Source: a virus
Taxonomy: Duplodnaviria; Heunggongvirae; Uroviricota; Caudoviricetes
DNA: 28,587 nucleotides
Virus record (IMG/VR): IMGVR_UViG_2617270959_000006
Reading direction: 5' to 3' (one strand)
How positions within the stretch are numbered: the stretch's first letter is position 1; each line of letters opens with the position of its first letter. Below are positions 8,203-16,924 of the stretch, one piece after another. The notes beneath the pieces were generated by a model. The model did no database searches. It was not told the origin of the DNA and was given only the letters and a program-made list of their open reading frames with translations. The position numbers and the translations under genes were made by a program.

Positions 8203-9127
8203 TGATTTTTGCGCCTTTATTCTGACTCACGGGCGACCGGACAAAGTTCTGACTTACCGGACGTTGCGTCGTGCTGGCTATACCGGGAAAATTTTTATCG
8301 TTGTTGATGATGAAGATAAGACACGGCATCAGTACATGGCTGAATTTGGTGAACAGGTGCTGGTATTTTCCAAAGCCGATATTGCCAGTCGTTTTGACGA
8401 AGCCGATAATTTTGGTGACCGCCGCTCAATTTTTTACGCCCGTAATGCCTGTTTCGACCTGGCAAAACTGGTCGGGTGTAAATACTTCATTCAGCTCGAT
8501 GATGATTATCACGAGTTCCAGTTTCGGGTGGATCGCAACTATGACCAGGCCTATTTCCCGATAAGGAAACTGGATGCGATCCTTTCTGAAATGCTGGCGT
8601 ATTACGAATCAATACCCGCGCTTTCCATCGCTATGTCGCAGGGCGGGGATTTTCTTGGTGACAATGGCGGCCATGCTTCGTGGGTGAAACGCAAGGCAAT
8701 GAACAGCTTTATCTGTTCGGTTGATCGACCGTTCTCATTCATGGGGCGCATTAACGAGGATGTGAATACGTACACGAATCTCGGTCGCTGTGGTGAATTG
8801 TTTATGACGATCGGTGCTGTCCAGTTAGGGCAGAAACAGACGCAGAAAAACAGCGGCGGAATGACCGAGCTGTATCTGGATTCCGGAACCTACGTTAAAA
8901 GTTTTTACTCCGTCATGTATGCGCCGTCGTGCGTAAAAATCTCACTGATGGGTGCCAGCCATAAACGCATTCACCATCAGGTCACCTGGAACAACGCTGC
9001 AGTAAAAATCCTTCACGAAAAATACAGGAAGAAGACACCCTGCATATCAATGGGGGTGACAAATGATTCCGTATTCGAAAGTCGAGTCTCTGGCAGCGTG
9101 CCGGATGACTGCACAACAAATCGCTGA
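8195..9127 (+). CDS. GT-A-like putative glycosyltransferase (YdaY-like position), 310 aa
   Basis: ATG after GAGGAGG and overlapping the upstream stop; motif spacing typical of the GT-A fold: FILTHGRP (8-15), FIVVDDED (34-41), IQLDDDY (99-105, DxD). Fold call is a motif-based inference. Confidence 0.5.
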   Translation: MRDDFCAFILTHGRPDKVLTYRTLRRAGYTGKIFIVVDDEDKTRHQYMAEFGEQVLVFSKADIASRFDEADNFGDRRSIFYARNACFDLAKLVGCKYFIQLDDDYHEFQFRVDRNYDQAYFPIRKLDAILSEMLAYYESIPALSIAMSQGGDFLGDNGGHASWVKRKAMNSFICSVDRPFSFMGRINEDVNTYTNLGRCGELFMTIGAVQLGQKQTQKNSGGMTELYLDSGTYVKSFYSVMYAPSCVKISLMGASHKRIHHQVTWNNAAVKILHEKYRKKTPCISMGVTNDSVFESRVSGSVPDDCTTNR

Positions 9128-9314
9128 CGTTCTGGATGTTGATCTGAACCGACTGAAAGAAAATCGGGAAGCAATGACAGATTTTTATGCGGCCATCCGT
9201 AAGGGCAGAGCGAAAGGTGAAGCCGAGTTACGAGCGGCATTGTTTAAGCTTGCCAGAAAAGGGGATGCCTTTGCTCTGCGCGAACTACTCAGGGTGGATA
9301 AAAATCAGGACTAA
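9063..9314 (+). CDS. Small basic helix-turn-helix-like protein, 83 aa (packaging accessory or regulator?)
   Basis: ATG with GGGGGTGA 5 nt upstream; overlaps the last 65 nt of the upstream gene in another frame; predicted helical, Lys/Arg-rich. Confidence 0.45.
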   Translation: MIPYSKVESLAACRMTAQQIADVLDVDLNRLKENREAMTDFYAAIRKGRAKGEAELRAALFKLARKGDAFALRELLRVDKNQD

Positions 9315-9317
9315 CTG

Positions 9318-10412
9318 ATGAGCAGACCGGACTGGGGGGCGTTGCAGCAGGAGTATATTGCTGAATACACCCGCTCCGGTATATCTCCGGTGGCATGGTG
9401 TGAAGCAAGGGGACTGAACTACGCAACAGCCCGTCGTTACATCAAAAAAACTCCGAAAAATGCGCAGAAAGAAATGCGCAAAACTGCGCAAAAAAGTGCG
9501 CGAAAAAAAACTGCGCAGACTGCGCAAAGGCAGAACGGAAAATCTCAGAAAAAAAAGGCTGTATCCGATGCACTCCTGATTGAGGGGGACACGGAAGAAA
9601 TTTCGTTCTGCCCCGATGAATTCGGTATTTCTGACCAGCAGGCAAAATTCGTCATGTTGGTTGCTCAGGGGAAAAAGCCGACAGAGGCATACCGACTGGC
9701 TGGTTATGAGGGGCAAGGTGCGACAGCTAACAGCAACGCCAGCCGTATGCTTAGAAATGCCAGGGTTTATCGTGCTATCAGCTACTTCCGCAATCAGTAC
9801 CAGAAACGCTATACCGCAGACCTGGATTTACTGGTGAGCCAGTTGATGGCCATTGTCCAGGCCGACCCCAATCAGTTGGCACAATTTCGCCGTGTTAACT
9901 GCCGTTATTGCTGGGGCGAGAATCATCTCTACCAGTGGCGTGATATTGCAGAATTCGATAAGGCTGCGGCACAGGCCTCCAGAGATGGTAAACCCGAGCC
10001 GGAATATGGAGGCCTCGGCTTTGTTGATAACGCCATACCCAATCCGGATTGCCCGAAGTGCTGCGGTGAGGGAACGGGACAGCTTTATATGGCTGATACC
10101 ACACTGCTTGATGGGGATGCGCGGCAATTATATGCAGGGTCAAAGCTCGGAAAATACGGTGTTGAGATCCTGCTGGAGGATAAGGCTGCCGCCCGGCGTG
10201 AATTGTTGCGTTTGCTTTCTGCTGGCGGGGCATTATGTGCAGATAAACGGCTACAGGAACTGGAAATTGAACGGCGCAGAATAGAAAACCAGAAGCTGCG
10301 CAAAGAGATCGAAACGGTGGAGGATAATGAACATCCCCAGCCTGTGGCGATCAATATTAATGTGGTTGATGCCAGATTAAGGAGTGATGAAGATGATCTC
10401 TCCGACGCTTAA
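9318..10412 (+). CDS. Terminase small subunit, atypically long (364 aa) with low-complexity basic region and Cys-rich segment
   Basis: Central region resembles the P27-type small-terminase domain (ISDQQAKFVMLVAQGKKPTEAYRLAGYEG...); lies directly upstream of the large subunit; contains C-x2-C ... C-x2-CC. Confidence 0.65.
   Translation: MSRPDWGALQQEYIAEYTRSGISPVAWCEARGLNYATARRYIKKTPKNAQKEMRKTAQKSARKKTAQTAQRQNGKSQKKKAVSDALLIEGDTEEISFCPDEFGISDQQAKFVMLVAQGKKPTEAYRLAGYEGQGATANSNASRMLRNARVYRAISYFRNQYQKRYTADLDLLVSQLMAIVQADPNQLAQFRRVNCRYCWGENHLYQWRDIAEFDKAAAQASRDGKPEPEYGGLGFVDNAIPNPDCPKCCGEGTGQLYMADTTLLDGDARQLYAGSKLGKYGVEILLEDKAAARRELLRLLSAGGALCADKRLQELEIERRRIENQKLRKEIETVEDNEHPQPVAININVVDARLRSDEDDLSDA
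9461..9526. repeat. Array of six TGCGC(A/G) motifs at 9-15 bp spacing inside terS
   Basis: Motifs at 9461, 9475, 9485, 9497, 9512 and 9521, interspersed with A-runs; encode KNAQKEMRKTAQKSARKKTAQTAQRQ. Confidence 0.8.
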
Positions 10413-11694
10413 TGTGCCTCAGGCGCGATTTCTTTCAATGCCCCATAAATTTAAAGCCTATATTGCTGGTTTTGGCTCGGGCAAAACATGGGTTGGGTGT
10501 GGCGGCATATGCAAGGGGATTTGGGAGCATCCAGGTATAAATCAGGGATATTTTGCGCCAACGTATCCCCAAATTCGCGATATTTTTTACCCTACAGTGG
10601 AAGAAGTTGCTGCTGACTGGGGATTGAACGTAAAAATTAATGAGGGAAATAAAGAGGTTCACTTTTATTACGGACGCCAGTATCGGGGAACCACTATCTG
10701 CAGATCGATGGAGAAGCCACAAACGATCGTCGGTTTCAAAATTGGTAATGCGCTGGTGGATGAACTGGATATTTTGCCGAAGGAAAAAGCCAGAACGGCG
10801 TGGCGCAAGATAATTGCGCGTATGCGTTATAAGATTGATGGACTTCGCAACGGTATTGACGTTACAACCACGCCGGAAGGATTCAAATTTGTCTACGAGC
10901 AGTTTGTTAAAGCCGTGCGTGAAAAAACAGAGCTGGCCTCACTGTATGGTCTGGTGCAGGCATCTACTTTCGATAATGAAAAGAACCTGCCAGCAGATTA
11001 CATTCCTTCACTTCTTGAATCATACCCTCCAGGGTTGATTAAAGCCTATCTTCTAGGACGGTTTACTAACCTGACAAGTGGTACTGTTTACCATCAGTTT
11101 GACCGGAAACTGAATAATTGCGAAGAAGTGGAGCAGCCAGGGGAGCCGATTTATATTGGGATGGATTTTAACGTTGGAAAGATGGCGGGAATCGTCCATG
11201 TGCTGCGTTTGGGGCTTCCATGTGCGGTAACTGAAATCATCAATGCCTACGATACGCCGGATATGATCCGCCTCATTAAAGAACGCTTCTGGCCGTATGA
11301 CGGGCATGATTACCGGAAAGTGAGGGAGATTTATATTTATCCAGATGCTTCCGGAGATTCCAGAAAATCAAGTAACGCAAGTACGACGGATATAGCCCAG
11401 CTTAAGCAGGCAGGTTTTAACGTTGTGGTGAACAGCTCGAACCCGCCAGTAAAAGATCGCGTTAACTCAATGAATGCAATGTTCTGCAATGCCAATGGTG
11501 AGCGTCGCTATAAAGTTAATGTGAAGCGTTGTCCGGTATATGCCGAATCTCTGGAGCAACAGGTCTGGGATGATAAGGGGGAGCCTGATAAAAAATCTGG
11601 CAATGATCACCCGAATGATGCCGGAGGTTATTTCATCGTTAAGCAATTCCCTATTGTCAAACCGACCGGAAGAGTCACATCACTTCGGATTTAA
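10393..11694 (+). CDS. Terminase large subunit, ~433 aa
   Basis: Walker A-like GFGSGKT near the N-terminus, acidic nuclease-type C-terminal half; AAGGAG 8 nt upstream of the ATG at 10393. The track's GTG at 10384 is an alternative start. Confidence 0.85.
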   Translation: MISPTLNVPQARFLSMPHKFKAYIAGFGSGKTWVGCGGICKGIWEHPGINQGYFAPTYPQIRDIFYPTVEEVAADWGLNVKINEGNKEVHFYYGRQYRGTTICRSMEKPQTIVGFKIGNALVDELDILPKEKARTAWRKIIARMRYKIDGLRNGIDVTTTPEGFKFVYEQFVKAVREKTELASLYGLVQASTFDNEKNLPADYIPSLLESYPPGLIKAYLLGRFTNLTSGTVYHQFDRKLNNCEEVEQPGEPIYIGMDFNVGKMAGIVHVLRLGLPCAVTEIINAYDTPDMIRLIKERFWPYDGHDYRKVREIYIYPDASGDSRKSSNASTTDIAQLKQAGFNVVVNSSNPPVKDRVNSMNAMFCNANGERRYKVNVKRCPVYAESLEQQVWDDKGEPDKKSGNDHPNDAGGYFIVKQFPIVKPTGRVTSLRI

Positions 11695-11696
11695 TT

Positions 11697-13103
11697 ATGG
11701 CTGATATATCAACACCCAACCTCGACTATAACGATATGCTGGAGGCGTGGGATATTAACGACGCATTGATGGGCGGTACGCTTGAAATGCGCAGGCAGGG
11801 GGAAAATTATCTCCCCAAATGGCCTAATGAAGATGAAGACGCTTATAAAAAACGCCTGTCTGTGGCTACGCTACTTCCTGTGTATGAAGAAAGCATCAAA
11901 CAAAATATTGGGCGCATATTTGCAGAGCCGACAGTATTGAGTGAGGAAACGCCGGAAAAAATCAGGGAATATGCAGAAAATATCGACATGGAGGGGAGCC
12001 GACTGGATGTGTGGGCGCAGCAATTTTTCAGTCTCGCATTTCAGTATGGTGTGGCACATGCGCTGGTGGACTATCCACGAACGGATATGAACGAGATTCG
12101 GACAAAAGCCGATGAAAACGCGGCCGGTGGTCGCCCGTACGTTACGATGCTGAATCCACGCCAGGTTATTGGATGGAAATCGAAAGTTGAAAAAGGGAAA
12201 GTTGTTCTCACTGATTTGCGTATAAAAGAGGTCATCATTATTGATGGTGATGATTTCGGGCAGAAGAAGGTGGAGCAGATCCGCCATATTATGCCCCGTC
12301 GAGTAGAAATTTATCGACGCAGCGAAGGTACTAATGGCGAATCTGTCTGGATGCTTCATGAGTCATGGAATACCAGCCGTGATGATATTCCTCTGGTAAC
12401 ACTGTATACGAAGAAAACAGGGTTTATGCGTGGTACACCGCCATTGCTTAATCTTGGCTTGCTGAATATCAAGCACTGGCAAAGCCAGAGCGAGCAGGAC
12501 AATATTCTTCATGTTGCCCGCGTTCCATTGCTGGTGGCCTACGGGCTGGACAGGAATGAAGAACTGACGGTTGGTGCATCCACCGCTACGATTTTTGAGG
12601 ACAGAACAAAAAATGGCCTCGAATATGTTGAACATAGTGGCGCAGCGATAGAATCTGGCGAAACATCACTTGAGAAGCTGGAAAATCAGATGCGTCATGC
12701 CGGCGCTAAACTTCTGCGGGCTGAAAATACATCCACCAAATCTGTTGATCAGACTAATGAAGAGCGGATGCAGGAACACTCGCCGCTTTATACAATGGCG
12801 AACTCCCTCGAAGATGCCCTCGATAATATTCTCCAGATAATGGCGGAATGGAGCGGAGAGAGTTGCGGTGGCAATGTGGATGTGCGCACTGAACTGGATG
12901 TATCTGCCCAGGTGTTTGACTCATCCTCCGCGCTGGCTGTTCAGTCATTGCGTCAGGGCGGTGATATACGTCAGATTGATGCGGTTCGGGTGTTGCAGGC
13001 GTTGAAATTTATCGATCAGGATTCCCGTCCAGAGGAAGTGATCGATGAATTAAAAAATCAGAGTGTAATGCTGATGGAAATCAATGATGCAAACCGTGAA
13101 TGA
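11697..13103 (+). CDS. Portal protein, 468 aa
   Basis: Size and position immediately after the large terminase; start 3 nt after the terL stop. No family recognised by eye. Confidence 0.65.
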   Translation: MADISTPNLDYNDMLEAWDINDALMGGTLEMRRQGENYLPKWPNEDEDAYKKRLSVATLLPVYEESIKQNIGRIFAEPTVLSEETPEKIREYAENIDMEGSRLDVWAQQFFSLAFQYGVAHALVDYPRTDMNEIRTKADENAAGGRPYVTMLNPRQVIGWKSKVEKGKVVLTDLRIKEVIIIDGDDFGQKKVEQIRHIMPRRVEIYRRSEGTNGESVWMLHESWNTSRDDIPLVTLYTKKTGFMRGTPPLLNLGLLNIKHWQSQSEQDNILHVARVPLLVAYGLDRNEELTVGASTATIFEDRTKNGLEYVEHSGAAIESGETSLEKLENQMRHAGAKLLRAENTSTKSVDQTNEERMQEHSPLYTMANSLEDALDNILQIMAEWSGESCGGNVDVRTELDVSAQVFDSSSALAVQSLRQGGDIRQIDAVRVLQALKFIDQDSRPEEVIDELKNQSVMLMEINDANRE

Positions 13104-14199
13104 ACGGCTGCGTGATGAATCAATTGCTCATGCAGTCTGGATATCCCGCTATAGCACTGGTGTGGCTGCCAGAATGGTGAAAATACTGAATGACAGCGAT
13201 GCGGAGCTTACAGCTCGCCTGCTGGTAGCACTGGACAGCCTCGATCCTGGTAGTTTTACCGTTACGCGCCTGGAGTCACTTCTGGCGAGTGTCAGAGAGG
13301 TTAACCGCGCTGCTATTAACAGCATGTTTACCAGTCTCTCCGGAGAGCTGAACGAGCTGGCAATTTATGAGGCTGGTTATCAGTTAAGTCTGTTTGATTC
13401 TCTGCTACCTGATTTTGTTGCTGATGTTCACCCTCTGGTTGGTATATCTTCTGATGCACTTTACGCCGCTGCAATGGCGCGACCATTCCAGGGACGACTG
13501 CTCAGTGAGTGGGCCTTGGATCTTGAGGCGGATCGGCTCAGACGCATAACAAATACGGTGCGTCAGGGTTTTTTGCTGGGGGATACCAATGAGCAGATCG
13601 CAAGAAAAATTCGGGGACATGTCAGCAAGGGATTTCAGGATGGTGCATTGCAGATGAGCCGGGCTAATGCGGCCAGCATTGCAAAAACAGCGGTTGGACA
13701 TCTTGCTGCTACTGCCCGTGAGAGTTTTGCCAGCGCGAATAATGATTTGATTAAGGGTAAGCAATGGTTATCAACGCTTGATAATCGTACTACGCCACAA
13801 TGTCGAATCAGGGATCGCCTCAAATATACGCTGGATAATAAACCTGTAGGTCACAGTGTGCCTTATTTGCATGGGCCGGGAAAAATTCATTTCTGCTGCC
13901 GCTCAACGGAAACGTTCATTCTGAAATCAGCGAAGGAACTGGGTATTGATGTTCGTGATATTTCCCCGGCTGAGCGGGCCAGCATGGATGGCGTGGTGGC
14001 CGGAGATACAACCTACAGGGAATGGTTTTTGCGTCAGCCTTACACCAGACAAAAACAGATTGTGGGGGAAACCCGGGCAAAGCTGATTCGGGATGGCGGT
14101 ATGTCGCCAGATGAATTTTACACCGATAAAGGCGAATGGCTGACGCTGAAGCAACTCCGTGAGCGTGATGCACAGGTATTCAGAAAAGCAGGGATTTAA
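13084..14199 (+). CDS. Minor head / head morphogenesis protein (Mu F / SPP1 gp7-like), 371 aa
   Basis: C-terminal LDNRTTPQCR...GHSVPYLHGPGKIHFCCRSTE resembles the Mu-F-domain signature; overlaps portal stop by 20 nt. Confidence 0.7.
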   Translation: MMQTVNERLRDESIAHAVWISRYSTGVAARMVKILNDSDAELTARLLVALDSLDPGSFTVTRLESLLASVREVNRAAINSMFTSLSGELNELAIYEAGYQLSLFDSLLPDFVADVHPLVGISSDALYAAAMARPFQGRLLSEWALDLEADRLRRITNTVRQGFLLGDTNEQIARKIRGHVSKGFQDGALQMSRANAASIAKTAVGHLAATARESFASANNDLIKGKQWLSTLDNRTTPQCRIRDRLKYTLDNKPVGHSVPYLHGPGKIHFCCRSTETFILKSAKELGIDVRDISPAERASMDGVVAGDTTYREWFLRQPYTRQKQIVGETRAKLIRDGGMSPDEFYTDKGEWLTLKQLRERDAQVFRKAGI

Positions 14200-14218
14200 A
14201 TAAATCATTTATTACAAC

Positions 14219-14243
14219 AGGCTACCTTCGGGTGGCCTTTTTT
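14219..14243 (+). terminator. Intrinsic terminator-like hairpin (UUCG loop) between head-morphogenesis and scaffold genes
   Basis: aggctacc-ttcg-ggtggcct followed by tttttt. Confidence 0.55.
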
Positions 14244-14303
14244 ATTGCTGCGATCCGGATGGTGAGCAGCGTAACTGTCGGAAGACTTAAACCAGGTACT
14301 AAT

Positions 14304-15068
14304 ATGAAACTGAAAACGGTCGAGATTAACGGAAAACAATACGCAGAAATCGATACTGCTGGCCTGCCAGTTTATGTGCACGACGATGGTAAAGAAATCG
14401 GCTTCGATGCACCGCTGGCGATAAAAAAAATTACAGAGCTTAATGGCGAGGCAAAAAATCATCGCCTGGCTAAAGAAGCTGCAGAGGAAAAACTGGCTAA
14501 GTTTGCCGCTATCGAAGACCCGAAGAAGGCGATCGAGGCACTGGAAATGCTGTCAAAAATCGACCAGAAAAAGCTGATCGATGCGGGACAGGTTGACCAG
14601 GTTAAGGCAGAAATTACGAAAAATTTTCAGCAGCAATTAGATGAAGAAAAGCAACGCTCTCAGATGCTGGAGACGCAGCTTTACGATTCTATGATTGGCG
14701 GTAGTTTTGCGGGTTCAAAATATATTGCCGATAAAATTGCGATCCCGGCAGATTTATTACAAGCCCGCTTCGGGCAGGCATTCAAAGTGGAAGAAGGGAA
14801 GATCGTTGCTTATGACGCTTCCGGCAACAAAATTTATTCCCGCGCGAAGCCTGGCGAACTGGCGCAGTTTGATGAGGCGCTGGAGTTCCTCGTCGAAAAT
14901 TACCCTCAGAAAGACTACATCCTGAAAGCCAGTGGCAACAATGGCGGCGGCTCCCGTCCGACACAGCATGATGTTGGTCAGAAAACGATGAAACGCTCTG
15001 CTTTTGATGCACTGGATGTTGCAGGTAAGCAAAACGCATTGAAAGACGGTATCACAATTGTTGATTAA
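14304..15068 (+). CDS. Putative scaffolding protein, ~254 aa
   Basis: Highly charged, helical (EAAEEKLAKFAAIEDPKKAIEALEML...), directly upstream of the capsid gene. The track's 14232 start lies inside the terminator hairpin; the ATG at 14304 has only a weak SD. Confidence 0.5.
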   Translation: MKLKTVEINGKQYAEIDTAGLPVYVHDDGKEIGFDAPLAIKKITELNGEAKNHRLAKEAAEEKLAKFAAIEDPKKAIEALEMLSKIDQKKLIDAGQVDQVKAEITKNFQQQLDEEKQRSQMLETQLYDSMIGGSFAGSKYIADKIAIPADLLQARFGQAFKVEEGKIVAYDASGNKIYSRAKPGELAQFDEALEFLVENYPQKDYILKASGNNGGGSRPTQHDVGQKTMKRSAFDALDVAGKQNALKDGITIVD

Positions 15069-15166
15069 CACATTTGTCAGCTTCCGGATGGGAGCTGGTG
15101 TCAGGGCTGGATAGCTCATTACTCCATCTATTCACAATTACGCAAATTTTTAAGGAATATTTAATT

Positions 15167-16306
15167 ATGGCTGGAAATACCCTGACCGGGTTGATCCCGA
15201 CTATTTATACCGCCCTGGATATTGTATCCCGTGAGCAGGTAGGTTTTATCCCTGCGGTAGCTAAAAACGCAAAAGCTGACGCCGCAGCAAAAGATCAGAC
15301 GGTAACCGCGCCAGTTGCGCCTGAGGCGAAAACCGAAGATATCGTACCGGGGCCGTCAGCTCCGAATACCGGTGATCAAAATATTGGCACTGTTGATGTG
15401 AAAATTACTAAATCCAAAATGGCACCGGTTAAATGGAATGGTGAAGAACAACTGGCTCTTGGCCCTTCAGGGACTTACAACACCATTCTGGCTGATCAGT
15501 TCAAGCAGGCTTTTCGCGCCCTTGCAAACGAGGTTGAGGCTGATCTTGGTGCGTTGTATTTCGGTGCTTCCCGCGCCGTGGGAACCGCAGGGACAACGCC
15601 GTTTGGTGTTAAAGATGATCTTTCTGATGCTGCTCTGGCTCGTCAGGTTCTGGAGGATAACGGCGCACCGACAACCGATCTGCAGATGGTGCTTGGCTCC
15701 ACTGCCATTGCTAATTTGCGCGGAAAACAGTCTGTACTGTTTAAAGTGAATGAATCCGGCACTGAACAGCTACTGCGTGAGGGCGTGTTGGGGCGTCTGG
15801 AGGGATTCAATATTCACAGTTCGGCAGGTGTAAAACGAGCGCCAAAGGTTGCTGCAACTGGTTATCTCGTGAATGGCGAGAAAAAAGAAGGCGATGTTCT
15901 TATTTCCATTGATACTGGTTCGGGGAGTATTTCTGCAGGTCAGATTGTTACGTTCGCTGGCGATCCGAATCAGTATGTTGTGGCAGCAGCGACCAGCAAT
16001 CTGATTACTCTTGCAGCGCCCGGACTGCGTCAGGATCTGGCCGATGATACTGCAATCACAGTTGTTGGCTCCTTTACTGCAAATATGGCGTTTGATCGCA
16101 ACGCGTTTCTGCTGGCATCCCGTACTCCGGCAATGCCGGAAGGTGGCGATAATGCTGATGATGTAATGAATGTTACGGACCCGATTTCAGGGATTACGTT
16201 CCAGATTGCACTGTATCGTCAGTATCGCCAGGTGCGCTATGAAGTTGGACTGGCATGGGGTGTTTCATCAGTGAAGCCGGCACATGGTTGTCTGATTCTT
16301 GGTTAA
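15167..16306 (+). CDS. Major capsid protein, 379 aa
   Basis: ATG at 15167 with AAGGA 10 nt upstream (track's 15074 start is an in-frame upstream extension); position after scaffold; followed by a strong terminator hairpin. Confidence 0.65.
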   Translation: MAGNTLTGLIPTIYTALDIVSREQVGFIPAVAKNAKADAAAKDQTVTAPVAPEAKTEDIVPGPSAPNTGDQNIGTVDVKITKSKMAPVKWNGEEQLALGPSGTYNTILADQFKQAFRALANEVEADLGALYFGASRAVGTAGTTPFGVKDDLSDAALARQVLEDNGAPTTDLQMVLGSTAIANLRGKQSVLFKVNESGTEQLLREGVLGRLEGFNIHSSAGVKRAPKVAATGYLVNGEKKEGDVLISIDTGSGSISAGQIVTFAGDPNQYVVAAATSNLITLAAPGLRQDLADDTAITVVGSFTANMAFDRNAFLLASRTPAMPEGGDNADDVMNVTDPISGITFQIALYRQYRQVRYEVGLAWGVSSVKPAHGCLILG

Positions 16307-16314
16307 ACATTCAA

Positions 16315-16337
16315 ACGGGGCTTCGGCCCCATTTTTA
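16315..16337 (+). terminator. Intrinsic terminator-like hairpin (UUCG tetraloop) after the capsid gene
   Basis: ggggc-ttcg-gcccc followed by atttttaat, 10 nt after the capsid stop. Confidence 0.6.
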
Positions 16338-16348
16338 ATGGGGGGCAT

Positions 16349-16525
16349 ATGGCCGGATTAACTAAAGAGCAAAGAGCACAGCGTGAAGCCGCACAAAAAA
16401 CGCAAATTGAGTTAGTGGTTATGGTGACCGATTATCAGATGTTTCCCGGCGCACCAACTATCGCTAATGTTCATCCTGATGAAGTTGACAACTGGAAGGC
16501 TATGGGCTGGAAAACTCAGGAGTAA
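16349..16525 (+). CDS. Small hypothetical protein, 58 aa (below the ORF-track cutoff)
   Basis: ATG at 16349 with GGGGGG 3-4 nt upstream; MAGLTKEQRAQREAAQKTQIELVVMVTDYQMF...; fills the gap between capsid and connector genes. Confidence 0.3.
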   Translation: MAGLTKEQRAQREAAQKTQIELVVMVTDYQMFPGAPTIANVHPDEVDNWKAMGWKTQE

Positions 16526-16528
16526 CAC

Positions 16529-16924
16529 ATGATCACTTACGTGACCTGTGATGACGTTGATAATGCGTTTGGGAACGCCTGGACGAGTGAGAACGCTAAA
16601 AATAAAGCTGTTTTAATGGCTAATGCCTGGCTTAATGGCTTCAACCTGAAAATTAACCCATCCCGTATTCCGGAAGAGGTAAAACTTGCGGGAGCATATG
16701 CAGCCAGAATTGCCTCATTCGGTAAGTTGTTTCAGCAGAAAAATGATTCTGGCGTTGTTATCAGTAAAGCCGTGTCGGCTGACGGGGTCAGTGTATCGAA
16801 ATCATTTTCAGAGTTGCCAGCAAACAGCACTGCATTGCTTGAACCCGATTTACAGCTTGCGATAGCACTGCTGAAACCGTACGGACTTAGTCGCTCACAA
16901 GTCAGGGTTGTGAGGGGGGGATAA
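16529..16924 (+). CDS. Head-tail connector / head completion protein (putative), 131 aa
   Basis: CAGGAG SD; first of four ~130-aa translationally coupled ORFs between capsid and tail tube genes. Confidence 0.5.
   Translation: MITYVTCDDVDNAFGNAWTSENAKNKAVLMANAWLNGFNLKINPSRIPEEVKLAGAYAARIASFGKLFQQKNDSGVVISKAVSADGVSVSKSFSELPANSTALLEPDLQLAIALLKPYGLSRSQVRVVRGG

Noticed and set aside
9461-9526. TGCGCA repeat array considered as a CRISPR-like or tandem-repeat locus
   Set aside because: Motifs are only 6 bp with irregular 9-15 bp spacing and lie inside an ORF; no repeat-spacer architecture. Kept as a candidate pac site instead.
9285-10354. Minus-strand and alternative-frame ORFs inside terS (e.g. 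9285-9716, 9442-9645, 9828-10127, 9895-10233, 10085-10354; + strand 9580-9837 and 9853-10284)
   Set aside because: Antisense or off-frame to the terminase small subunit; partly generated by the TGCGCA/A-run repeat array; low-complexity translations.
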